Below the pieces are notes generated by a model that was not told the DNA's origin, searched no databases, and saw only the letters and a program-made list of their open reading frames with translations. Both the position numbers and the translations under genes were made by a program. DNA of 64,000 bases, taken from NCBI GenBank assembly GCA_900552315.1, contig URZM01000001.1, positions 1,104-65,103 of the forward strand. The letters run 5' to 3'. Numbering within the stretch: position 1 is the stretch's first letter; each line of letters starts with the position of its first letter. The DNA comes from an uncultured Bacteroidales bacterium. GTDB lineage: Bacteria > Bacteroidota > Bacteroidia > Bacteroidales > Muribaculaceae. Below, piece after piece: positions 38,331-46,732 of the stretch.

Positions 38331-38768
38331 ATGGCTCTTAAACGGCAATTCAATTCCCTGTCGGTGTTCTCGATGTCCTCAATGGCGGACGTCATATTCC
38401 TGTTGCTCATATTCTTCATGATCACCTCCACGCTGATTATCCCTTCGGCCCTGGACGTGAACCTGCCGCAGAGCACGGAACAGACCATAGAGAAGCCCCG
38501 CACAGAGGTGTACATAGATTCTGTAAGCCAGCTCTATATAGTCGCTGACCGTAACGACAGCCTGCCCGAAGGGCGTCTTCCCCGCCCTGTGAGCGCGGCC
38601 GAGCTGCAGGCCTCCCTGCTTCTGCTGCGCGACCAGCATGCGTTGCAGTCGGTGGCTCTGTATGCCGACAGCGTGGTTCCCTACGCATCGGTGATAAAGG
38701 TCCTCGACATGGCCGCACGCAATGACATCAAGATGGTGCTGGCCACCCGCCCCGTCTCCTCCATATAA
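38331..38768 (+). CDS. exbD: ExbD/TolR family protein
   Basis: MADVIFLLLIFFMITS...VNLP. Confidence 0.9.
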   Translation: MALKRQFNSLSVFSMSSMADVIFLLLIFFMITSTLIIPSALDVNLPQSTEQTIEKPRTEVYIDSVSQLYIVADRNDSLPEGRLPRPVSAAELQASLLLLRDQHALQSVALYADSVVPYASVIKVLDMAARNDIKMVLATRPVSSI

Positions 38769-38773
38769 TAATC

Positions 38774-39553
38774 ATGAAACGTCCTGACACTGCCCAAAAC
38801 ATAGCCCTGAGCGCCACAGTCCTGGCTGCCATCCTGCTGATGCTGCTCCTGCTCGGTGTGCGTCTTGACCTGACTCGTGTCGAGCGCCCTGAGACTAAGG
38901 AAACCCTGACCATGGCCGACATGGAGGCGCAGGAGATGCCGCAGGATGAGTTCATAGAGCCGGAAATGGAAGAATTGGGCGAGCCGGACAATGCAGAGGA
39001 TGACCTCGACGCTCCCATGCCGCAAGGTGAGCCGGACATTTCCGACACCCCGAATGACAAGCTGGTGGTCAACGGTCCCAATCCGAATCCCAATGACGAG
39101 TCGGAGAAACTGGTGGCCACGTCCAAGCCGAGCCCGGCGCAGACCACGGCCCCGTCGGAGAAGGATGAGCCTGACCGGCGCATAACCGGCATGAAAGACA
39201 AGTTCAGCCCTAAAAACGGCAAGTCCGGCGGCAAAGGCTCCACGGCAGATTCAGGGCATGGCGGCGAAGGGGCAGGCGCGCGCGGAGATATATCCGGCGG
39301 TCGCAAGCTGGAAAAATATGTGTTGCCTACAGGATTCTCGATTTCGAAACCGATAACCGTCACCGTCACCGTTATAGTCAAGGCTGACGGCACGGTGGAG
39401 CCCGGCTCGGCAAAATGTTCCACACGCTTGAAGGACAGCTCCCTGCAGGCCAAAGTGGTAAAATGCTCCGAGCAGACGCGTTGGACTCCTAAAGCAGGAG
39501 CCAGTCCCGTGCAGGCCAGGCTTTACTGGACGCTTGTGCCAGGGGCCAGATGA
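38774..39553 (+). CDS. TonB-like energy transducer
   Basis: N-terminal TM, acidic/Pro-rich linker, Gly-rich segment and divergent TonB_C; follows exbBD. Confidence 0.7.
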   Translation: MKRPDTAQNIALSATVLAAILLMLLLLGVRLDLTRVERPETKETLTMADMEAQEMPQDEFIEPEMEELGEPDNAEDDLDAPMPQGEPDISDTPNDKLVVNGPNPNPNDESEKLVATSKPSPAQTTAPSEKDEPDRRITGMKDKFSPKNGKSGGKGSTADSGHGGEGAGARGDISGGRKLEKYVLPTGFSISKPITVTVTVIVKADGTVEPGSAKCSTRLKDSSLQAKVVKCSEQTRWTPKAGASPVQARLYWTLVPGAR

Positions 39554-39588
39554 GATGCTCATCAACCCATCAAAAAGAAATATCTTAA

Positions 39589-40761
39589 ATGCCAACTCCC
39601 GTAGAAATATCCCCAGAGGTCACGCGTGTAAAGCAGCGCTTCTCCATCGTGGGCAATTCCCGTGCCTTGATCGAGGCGATAGAGCGCGCTATAAAGGTCG
39701 CGCCCATTGACCTCAGTGTCCTTGTGATAGGCGAGAGCGGCGCGGGTAAGGAGTTTTTCCCGAAAATCATACATAATTTCGGCTCTCGCAAACATGCCAA
39801 ATATATAGCCGTGAACTGCGGCGCCATACCGGAAGGCACCATAGACTCCGAGTTGTTCGGACATGAGAAGGGTTCGTTCACCGGAGCGCTCTCCACCCGC
39901 AAGGGATATTTCGAGGAGGCTGACGGCGGCACTATATTCCTTGACGAGGTGGCCGAGCTGCCCCTTACCACCCAGGCGCGCCTGCTTCGAGTGTTGGAGA
40001 CAGGCGAGTTCCTGAAAGTCGGCTCCTCGCAGGTGCAGAAGGCCAATGTGAGGGTGGTGGCCGCCACCAATGTCAACCTGCTTAAGGCGGTGGCGGACGG
40101 TAAATTTCGAGAGGACCTGTATTACAGGCTCTCCACGGTGCAGATCAATGTGCCGGCCTTGCATGACCGTGGGCAGGACATAGTGCTCCTGGCGCGCAAG
40201 TTCGCCTCGGATTTCAGCGAGAAATACATGACACCCCCCATAAGCTTTGCCGAAGACGCCAGGCGTCTGATGCTGCTCTACCGCTGGCCCGGAAACGTGC
40301 GCCAGCTCAAGAATGTGGTGGAGCAGGCAGCCTTGTTCCATGCCGGCGAAGAGGTCACCGCCTCGCTGCTTTCGGAATTTATGCCTCGCTCCACCGAGAC
40401 ATCTCTCGCCACGCGTCCCTCCGCCCCGTCTTATGAAAGCGAGCGCGAGATGCTGTGGCACACCATACTCTCATTGCGGGGAGAATTGCAGGCATTGCGC
40501 CGTCAGGTGAACGGCGAGACGGACGACAACGACGCGGAGCTGCCCTCCGCGCCCCTCGGCATACCAAAACACAGCGCCATGGTGCCGTACTCAGAGCCTG
40601 AGTTCACGCCATACGAGCCTGCCTCGCTGGAGGAGAACGAGCGGCAGGCCATAATACAGGCCCTCGACCGGTGCGGCGGGGTGCGCAAGCGGGCCGCCAA
40701 GGAGCTTAACATTTCCGAGCGTACGCTTTACCGCAAAATCAAGGAATACGGACTTGACTGA
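39589..40761 (+). CDS. Sigma-54-interacting AAA+ regulator with Fis HTH
   Basis: GESGAGKE, ELFGHEKGSFTGA, FLDEV, WPGNVRQL and TLYRKIKEY. Confidence 0.93.
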   Translation: MPTPVEISPEVTRVKQRFSIVGNSRALIEAIERAIKVAPIDLSVLVIGESGAGKEFFPKIIHNFGSRKHAKYIAVNCGAIPEGTIDSELFGHEKGSFTGALSTRKGYFEEADGGTIFLDEVAELPLTTQARLLRVLETGEFLKVGSSQVQKANVRVVAATNVNLLKAVADGKFREDLYYRLSTVQINVPALHDRGQDIVLLARKFASDFSEKYMTPPISFAEDARRLMLLYRWPGNVRQLKNVVEQAALFHAGEEVTASLLSEFMPRSTETSLATRPSAPSYESEREMLWHTILSLRGELQALRRQVNGETDDNDAELPSAPLGIPKHSAMVPYSEPEFTPYEPASLEENERQAIIQALDRCGGVRKRAAKELNISERTLYRKIKEYGLD

Positions 40762-40762
40762 C

Positions 40763-41302
40763 ATGAAAGGCAATACTTTGAAAAATATTGTGCGTCACTT
40801 GACCATCTTGTGCGCCTTCACGCTTCTCCTGGTGCCGGGGGGCTGCATACCCAGCTACAAGTTCAACGGCTCGGCGCTCAACTATGATGTCTACAAGACC
40901 ATAAACATCAGCGAGTTCCCCATACGCGCCGCCTTGGTCTATCCGCCGTTGCAGCAGACTTTCGAGAACGAGCTGCTCGACGCGGTGACGCGCCAGACAC
41001 GCCTGCGCGAGATTGACACTCCCGGAGCTGACTTGGAGATGAGCGGAGAAATCACAGGATACGCGCTCTCCCCGCAGGCAGTGGGAGAGGACGCCTACGC
41101 CACGCAGACACGTCTCACCATCACGGTGAGGGTAAAGTATGTGGACCATAAGAACGAGGCCAACAATATTGACCAGACTTTTTCTGCATACAGGGATTTT
41201 TCCAGCACGGAAATGCTTACGGATGTCCAGGACGAGCTGTGCCGCCAGATCAGCGAGGACCTGGTGGATTTAATATTCAACGCCACGCTTGGCAATTGGT
41301 GA
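40763..41302 (+). CDS. lptE: LptE family lipoprotein
   Basis: Lipobox-like GGC, RLTITVRVKY and terminal IFNATLGNW. Confidence 0.8.
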   Translation: MKGNTLKNIVRHLTILCAFTLLLVPGGCIPSYKFNGSALNYDVYKTINISEFPIRAALVYPPLQQTFENELLDAVTRQTRLREIDTPGADLEMSGEITGYALSPQAVGEDAYATQTRLTITVRVKYVDHKNEANNIDQTFSAYRDFSSTEMLTDVQDELCRQISEDLVDLIFNATLGNW

Positions 41303-41320
41303 AAAACTTTTCTGACTGCT

Positions 41321-42076
41321 ATGCCCTCCACCTTCCCCATATCATCCACTCCAGACGAGGCCCTCCGCTGGCTGGAGCGCTATCCCTATTTCACACTCCC
41401 CGCGCTCCTCGCGCTCAAGAACGGATCCGTATCCGGCACAGAGGCGGACATGCTGGCCGCGAGGGTAGCCATATCCTTGCCCGACATGGACTCGTTGGCG
41501 CAGACTCTTGGCCAGCAGGCTCCGCTATTTGACAATTTTTATCCCGACGAGCAGAAACCTACTCCCGGCACCATAGACACCATAGACACTTTCCTCGCCA
41601 CTTTCGGGCATGCTGACGAGAGGGAGACCGACGCGCTCTCCAAACTCATTTTCAGCCCGGTCCCGGACTATGCCTCCGTGCTTGCCGCAGAGGAGCGAGG
41701 CTCAGTGCCCTCCAAGCAAGAAATAAACGACCCTGCGCTATCGGAGCAGGACAGGCTCATCAACAGCTTTATCGCGGAGTCGAGGGCAGGGGGCATCCCA
41801 AGCGATGACAGTTCCCCTATACCGGAGCAGCCGGAATGCGACAAATTGACCAATCAGGACACTAAGCCGCAACCGCGACCTGTGTCGGCGGCAAAAGAGC
41901 CTGAAAGCGCCTCGTTGACCGAAAGTCTGGTGAGGGTGCTGGTGAAAAACCGCAATTATTCGAAGGCAATCGAAATTATTTCGGACCTGAGCTTGAAAAA
42001 TCCGGAAAAAAGTATTTACTTTGCAGACCAAATACGGTTTCTCCGCAAACTGATTATTAACGAAAACAAGAAATAA
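41321..42076 (+). CDS. Conserved hypothetical protein with C-terminal TPR-like motif
   Basis: YPYF near the N-terminus; TESL...Y-x-KAIEII...PEKSIYFADQIRFL. Confidence 0.75.
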   Translation: MPSTFPISSTPDEALRWLERYPYFTLPALLALKNGSVSGTEADMLAARVAISLPDMDSLAQTLGQQAPLFDNFYPDEQKPTPGTIDTIDTFLATFGHADERETDALSKLIFSPVPDYASVLAAEERGSVPSKQEINDPALSEQDRLINSFIAESRAGGIPSDDSSPIPEQPECDKLTNQDTKPQPRPVSAAKEPESASLTESLVRVLVKNRNYSKAIEIISDLSLKNPEKSIYFADQIRFLRKLIINENKK

Positions 42077-42081
42077 GACTA

Positions 42082-42417
42082 ATGTACGTATTTTTGGCCA
42101 TTATCATCGTCATCGCCGCTATCCTTCTTATCGGCGCTGTGCTGATTCAGAAATCAAAAGGTGGCGGTCTCGCCTCCAATTACGCAGGCGGCAACCAGTA
42201 TATGGGCTACCGCAAGACCACGGATTTCATAGAGAAGGCTACTTGGACCCTCGCCATAGTGATCTGTGTGCTGAGCATCTGCTGCTCCTTCGCGGTCAAG
42301 GCGCCCAATGCCAGCTCCTCCGCCATCGTGAACGAGAAGAGCGCTCCCGCTCCTGCCCCGGCTCCCGGCGCTGACGCAGCCCAGGTTCCCGCCCAGCAGC
42401 CCGCTCCCCAGAACTGA
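42082..42417 (+). CDS. secG: Preprotein translocase subunit SecG
   Basis: VLIQKSKGGGL...EKATW with two TM helices. Confidence 0.93.
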   Translation: MYVFLAIIIVIAAILLIGAVLIQKSKGGGLASNYAGGNQYMGYRKTTDFIEKATWTLAIVICVLSICCSFAVKAPNASSSAIVNEKSAPAPAPAPGADAAQVPAQQPAPQN

Positions 42418-42441
42418 CAGACGGTGAGAAAATAAACAACG

Positions 42442-42470
42442 ACCCGGGTTCCCGATGGGAATCCGGGTTT
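42442..42470 (+). terminator. secG terminator
   Basis: acccgggttccc-gat-gggaatccgggt-tt. Confidence 0.7.
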
Positions 42471-42536
42471 ATGCGCGTATGTGTTGTCCGTTTTGCGGCG
42501 CGGCGCCAAGGGCAGCGAGAGACCGGTTAAAACGTG

Positions 42537-42575
42537 CATCGGGACAATCCCCTTCTGTCAGGGATTGTCCCGATG
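42537..42575 (-). terminator. Stem-loop downstream of the dehydrogenase gene
   Basis: Perfect 15-bp inverted repeat catcgggacaatccc/gggattgtcccgatg. Confidence 0.6.
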
Positions 42576-42596
42576 TATCGGTCTTGGTTTGGCATC

Positions 42597-43778
42597 TCAG
42601 AGGGCGGCCTCGTAGATGGCGCGGCAGTCGGCCATGCTCAGGGGCACATAGAAGCCGAGCGTGTCGCCCATGTTGCCGTGCAGGCTCTCCACAAGCACAT
42701 CTATGTCCGGCTCCGTGCCTATCAGCTCGCGGATGGACGTGGTGAGCCCGAGAGTGTGGTAGAAGCCTTTGAGCGCCTCGACGGCCAGACGGCACACCTC
42801 TTCGGTGGTCTTGTTCATCGGGAATATGTTCAGCACGTTCTGGGCGAACTGCACGACCTTGGCGGGATTCTTGGCGGCCACGAACTGCATCCATGCGGGC
42901 ACCATCACGGCCAGTCCGGCCCCGTGGGCCACGCCGTACCACGCGCTGAGCTCATGCTCCAGGCGGTGGCTGCTCCAGTCCTCTTCCTTGCCGGTGCCGC
43001 ACAGGCCGTTGTGAGCCAGCGTCGAGGCCCACATTATGGCAGCGCGCGCGTCATAGTCCTCAGGCTCGCGGGTGAGGACAAGGGCGTTGTGCATCACGTC
43101 GCGCATTATGGCCTCGGCTATGGCGTCAGGCAGGTCGGTGGCCGGAGTGTTGGAGAAATACCTCTCATATATGTGGCAGAGCATGTCCACGATGCCGCAC
43201 GCGGTCTGGAACCAAGGCAGCGAGTAGGTCAGCTCCGGATTCATTATCGAGAAGCGCGGGCGCAGGTGCATGGGATAGCGTACCGAGATCTTGTGGCGCC
43301 CGGCCTCGTCGCACTTGGTTATCACCGAGTTGCCGCTGCCCTCGCTTCCTGCTGCGGGTATGGTGAGGACCACCCCGAGAGGGAGCACGTCGGCGGGCTG
43401 CGCCTTTCCGCAGTAGAAATCCCAGAAATCGCCGTCATATCTCACGCCGAGGGCCACTGCCTTGGTCGAGTCTATCACGGATCCTCCGCCTACGGCGAGC
43501 AGGAAATCCACGCCCTCCTTGCGGGCAAGCTCTATGCCCTCATACACCTCCTTGTCGCGTGGGTTGGGCTGTATGCCTTTCTGTTCTATATACTGTATCC
43601 CGGCCTGGTCGAGCGAATCGCGCACCTGAGCCAGCAGGCCGCTGCGTTCGGCGCTTCCGCCGCCGCTCACTATCATCACCTTTGTGGCTCCGTAGCGGCG
43701 GGCCAGCTCGCCTGCGCGTGTCTGCGTGCCGCGTCCGAAGACGAACTCCGTGGGAGAGTAGAATGTGAAATTAAGCAT
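42597..43778 (-). CDS. Iron-containing alcohol dehydrogenase (butanol dehydrogenase-like)
   Basis: GGGSVIDSTK, TIPAAGSEGS and HRLEHELSA...HGAGLA motifs. Confidence 0.92.
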   Translation of the reverse strand: MLNFTFYSPTEFVFGRGTQTRAGELARRYGATKVMIVSGGGSAERSGLLAQVRDSLDQAGIQYIEQKGIQPNPRDKEVYEGIELARKEGVDFLLAVGGGSVIDSTKAVALGVRYDGDFWDFYCGKAQPADVLPLGVVLTIPAAGSEGSGNSVITKCDEAGRHKISVRYPMHLRPRFSIMNPELTYSLPWFQTACGIVDMLCHIYERYFSNTPATDLPDAIAEAIMRDVMHNALVLTREPEDYDARAAIMWASTLAHNGLCGTGKEEDWSSHRLEHELSAWYGVAHGAGLAVMVPAWMQFVAAKNPAKVVQFAQNVLNIFPMNKTTEEVCRLAVEALKGFYHTLGLTTSIRELIGTEPDIDVLVESLHGNMGDTLGFYVPLSMADCRAIYEAAL

Positions 43779-43805
43779 GTCTTTATGGTATTGGAATGAA
43801 TCGCG

Positions 43806-44198
43806 TCACTCGAACCTGGAGGAGATGGCCTGGGCTATCTGCTTCATCTTCTCCGAGTCGGGGTTGTCTATCTTGTGCTTGAAATCCATGTCGCCCTCGT
43901 TCTTGAGAGGCACCAGATGTATGTGGGCGTGGGGCACCTCCAGTCCGAGCACGGTGACGCCCACCTTGCGGCAGGGCATCGCCGCCTTTATGGCCTTGGC
44001 CACACGCTTGGCGAACACCGTCATGGCCGCCAGTTCCTCGTCCGAGAGGTCGAATATGTAGTCCTCCTCGCGTTTGGGCACCACGAGGGTGTGGCCCCAG
44101 TTCACGGGATTTATGTCGAGGAAGGCGAAGAAGCGGTCGTCCTCGGCTATTTTGTAGCAGGGAATCTCCCCGTTGATTATACGAGAGAAAATGGTCAT
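43806..44198 (-). CDS. HIT family nucleotide hydrolase
   Basis: IFSRII, FLDINP and HAHIH triad. Confidence 0.93.
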   Translation of the reverse strand: MTIFSRIINGEIPCYKIAEDDRFFAFLDINPVNWGHTLVVPKREEDYIFDLSDEELAAMTVFAKRVAKAIKAAMPCRKVGVTVLGLEVPHAHIHLVPLKNEGDMDFKHKIDNPDSEKMKQIAQAISSRFE

Positions 44199-44204
44199 GG
44201 CCTC

Positions 44205-44669
44205 TTAGATTTCTATTTTGACGATTTCGAAATTCATCATGCCGGCGGGAGCCTTTATCTGCACGGTGTCTCCCACCTTGTGTCCCAGCAGGCCCTGTGC
44301 TATGGGTGTGCTGGAGGCTATCTTGTGCTCGCGCAGGTTGGCCTCGCTCTCGGTCACTATGGTGTAGGTCATCTGCGCCCCGTTGGCCGTGTTCTTGATG
44401 GTGACGGTGTTGAGCAGCTGCACTATGTCGGTGTTGAGCTTGGAGTCATCTATGATGCGCGCGGTGGCCACCAGTTCCTTGAGCTTGGCTATCTTCATCT
44501 CCAGAAGGCCCTGAGCCTCCTTGGCCGCGTCGTACTCAGCGTTCTCGGAGAGGTCGCCCTTGTCGCGTGCCTCCGCTATCGCGTGTTTGATGGCAGGGCG
44601 CTGGGCCTCCAGGGCCGCCAGCTCCTCCATCTTCTTGTCATAACCCTCTTGGGTCAGGTAAGTTGCCAT
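44205..44669 (-). CDS. greA: Transcription elongation factor GreA
   Basis: ARDKGDLSENAEYDAAKE motif; TAACTTTG promoter on the minus strand near 44792-44799. Confidence 0.96.
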   Translation of the reverse strand: MATYLTQEGYDKKMEELAALEAQRPAIKHAIAEARDKGDLSENAEYDAAKEAQGLLEMKIAKLKELVATARIIDDSKLNTDIVQLLNTVTIKNTANGAQMTYTIVTESEANLREHKIASSTPIAQGLLGHKVGDTVQIKAPAGMMNFEIVKIEI

Positions 44670-45008
44670 ATCGTAGAATAGAATTGTTTTTCGTGATACA
44701 TAATAAAAGAAAGACGCCTTACCAATCCGGTATGGAATGTAAAGCACCTTCAGCTCGGGGACATTCGCTGATTCCCTCAGTATTTCAGACGCAAAGTTAC
44801 GAAAAAAATCCGGAACGGCCAAACGGCCCTCCCGATCGCAGATAAAAGTTTCACTGTTTCCTTAGAGGGAGATTAGGTCTTCAAAAGCCATATATGCACG
44901 TTGACGTGTAAAGAAATTGAGATTTTTTTTACACGTTGAGATGATATGTAAAACGGCTTTACATTTAACGCGAGTTCGGGATCATTGAAAAACGTATTGA
45001 TTTCTTGT

Positions 45009-46727
45009 TCATGACTCAAATAAATTTCTGCCAGAGTCTGTCAGCGTATATTTTTGCTTAGAACTGGTCGGTTTGTCGGGGTTGGTCATGGTTACGCAGC
45101 CAATGTCCATTAATGGGTTCAGAATTTTTCGTCTGAACTCAATGCTGTTGGTGCAATTTATGGCTCCAACAATATCTTTGATGGTTAAAGGATTGATATT
45201 TAGATATTCGATTGTCTCAATCGCGTACTGACACAGTATTGACTTATCAACTGGCTTCTTCGATTTGTCCCAGACTTTTACAGATAGCTGTTCAAGTATT
45301 TGTAAAAGTCGGTGCTTATTCGATATATTGCTCTGGTATACAGTGCTTTGCACTTTTACGGATACCTGTCCGATTATTTGTAAAAGTCGGTTGTCAAGGT
45401 CTTGATAAGAAACGGCAGAAATCTCTAAGCCGTTATAGTCCACCATATCGCGTCGGCATGGTATAGTCATGAGAAAATATGTTCTGTCATCGTCTGTCTC
45501 AATAGAGGCTTTTTCTGATCCATTTTCTCTTAGAGCCTTCTGGATAGTAGGTATTCCGGTAGCACGTCCTTCTGTCAAATCGAGTTCTTTAAGGAAGTCA
45601 CCTAATCTGCGATTGCGGTATCTTCTGGCTTTCAGCTTTTGCGCTGCTTTTATTGCTTCTGCGGTTATAGATCTATCTGGTCCCGAATAACTAAGTATGT
45701 CGACATGTGTAGGCTCTATCGTGATTTCCACAGGTTCACGTTCTTGATAATCACGATGATACAAGGCGTTTACCACCGATTCTTCAAATGCTTGATAAGG
45801 ATAGTTATAGGTTTTATCAGACCTTTCATTATCAGTTGGTTTTGAAATTCTTTTTTTTATTACGTTAGTTCGTATATAAGATAGAGTCTCTCTAATCATT
45901 TTTGGTACCGGCCCTACAATTTTTGGCGCCTCAATCATAATGTCAGGATTCTCAATGCACCCCTCCGGAAACAAGACAATATCGACCTGGGTGACCGGGA
46001 AGAACTTCTCCGGGTGTTCGCAAAACATCATTGCGGCAACATTCTTGATAAGCCGCCTTTCTGTTGGGCCCGTCAACAGGTCCATTTCGTCAAGAATATC
46101 AGTCAAAGGACGAGTTGCGAAATTATCTACCAGCTTACTTTTAACTGTTTTAAGATGCTCATAAACAAGAACTCCGGAAATGTCGTCTATCTTGATGGCC
46201 TCATTCCCGCGTTCATCGAATGGGATGCGGTTTGCAAGGGCTCTTACTTCATCAAGCGTCTCGCCTCTGGCCTCAATAGTTGATGACTTGCTTCTGATGT
46301 AATATTTCAGAGGTGATTTATTCTTTGCCACAACGCTTTCCGTAACGCAATAAGGTCTATTCGGGCCGGTGGGAACCCAAATAGCAAGAATGGTATTCCC
46401 ATCAATTTCTTCAACAGATACCTTGGTGTTATAGGATACCGACCTTAAATTTGAGGATGATATTTTAGCATCATAGCCGACCATATCCTTAAGAATATCA
46501 TCAATTGTCTCTATGGGCAAGCCTTTTACAGGACGTTTCGCTACGCCATTCTCATCTTGTTCAACACCGACAAGGATATATCCTCCTCCTGTATTTTCCA
46601 GATCAGTCGCAAAAGCACAGATGGTATGATAAATTTTGTCCGGATTCCACCCGGACTTAAACTCTATGCGATTTGACTCAACCTTGCGTTTATTGAGTAA
46701 ATCTTCGATGTTTATCGGTAATGCCAT
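45009..46727 (-). CDS. Schlafen/AlbA_2 domain protein with RecG-C-like HATPase domain and C-terminal winged-helix
   Basis: ESNRIEFK...TICAFA...GGYILVGV; ESVVNALYHRDY; RNRRLGDFLKEL...EGRATGIP; NPDKPTSSKQKY. Confidence 0.8.
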   Translation of the reverse strand: MALPINIEDLLNKRKVESNRIEFKSGWNPDKIYHTICAFATDLENTGGGYILVGVEQDENGVAKRPVKGLPIETIDDILKDMVGYDAKISSSNLRSVSYNTKVSVEEIDGNTILAIWVPTGPNRPYCVTESVVAKNKSPLKYYIRSKSSTIEARGETLDEVRALANRIPFDERGNEAIKIDDISGVLVYEHLKTVKSKLVDNFATRPLTDILDEMDLLTGPTERRLIKNVAAMMFCEHPEKFFPVTQVDIVLFPEGCIENPDIMIEAPKIVGPVPKMIRETLSYIRTNVIKKRISKPTDNERSDKTYNYPYQAFEESVVNALYHRDYQEREPVEITIEPTHVDILSYSGPDRSITAEAIKAAQKLKARRYRNRRLGDFLKELDLTEGRATGIPTIQKALRENGSEKASIETDDDRTYFLMTIPCRRDMVDYNGLEISAVSYQDLDNRLLQIIGQVSVKVQSTVYQSNISNKHRLLQILEQLSVKVWDKSKKPVDKSILCQYAIETIEYLNINPLTIKDIVGAINCTNSIEFRRKILNPLMDIGCVTMTNPDKPTSSKQKYTLTDSGRNLFES

Positions 46728-46732
46728 ATCAA

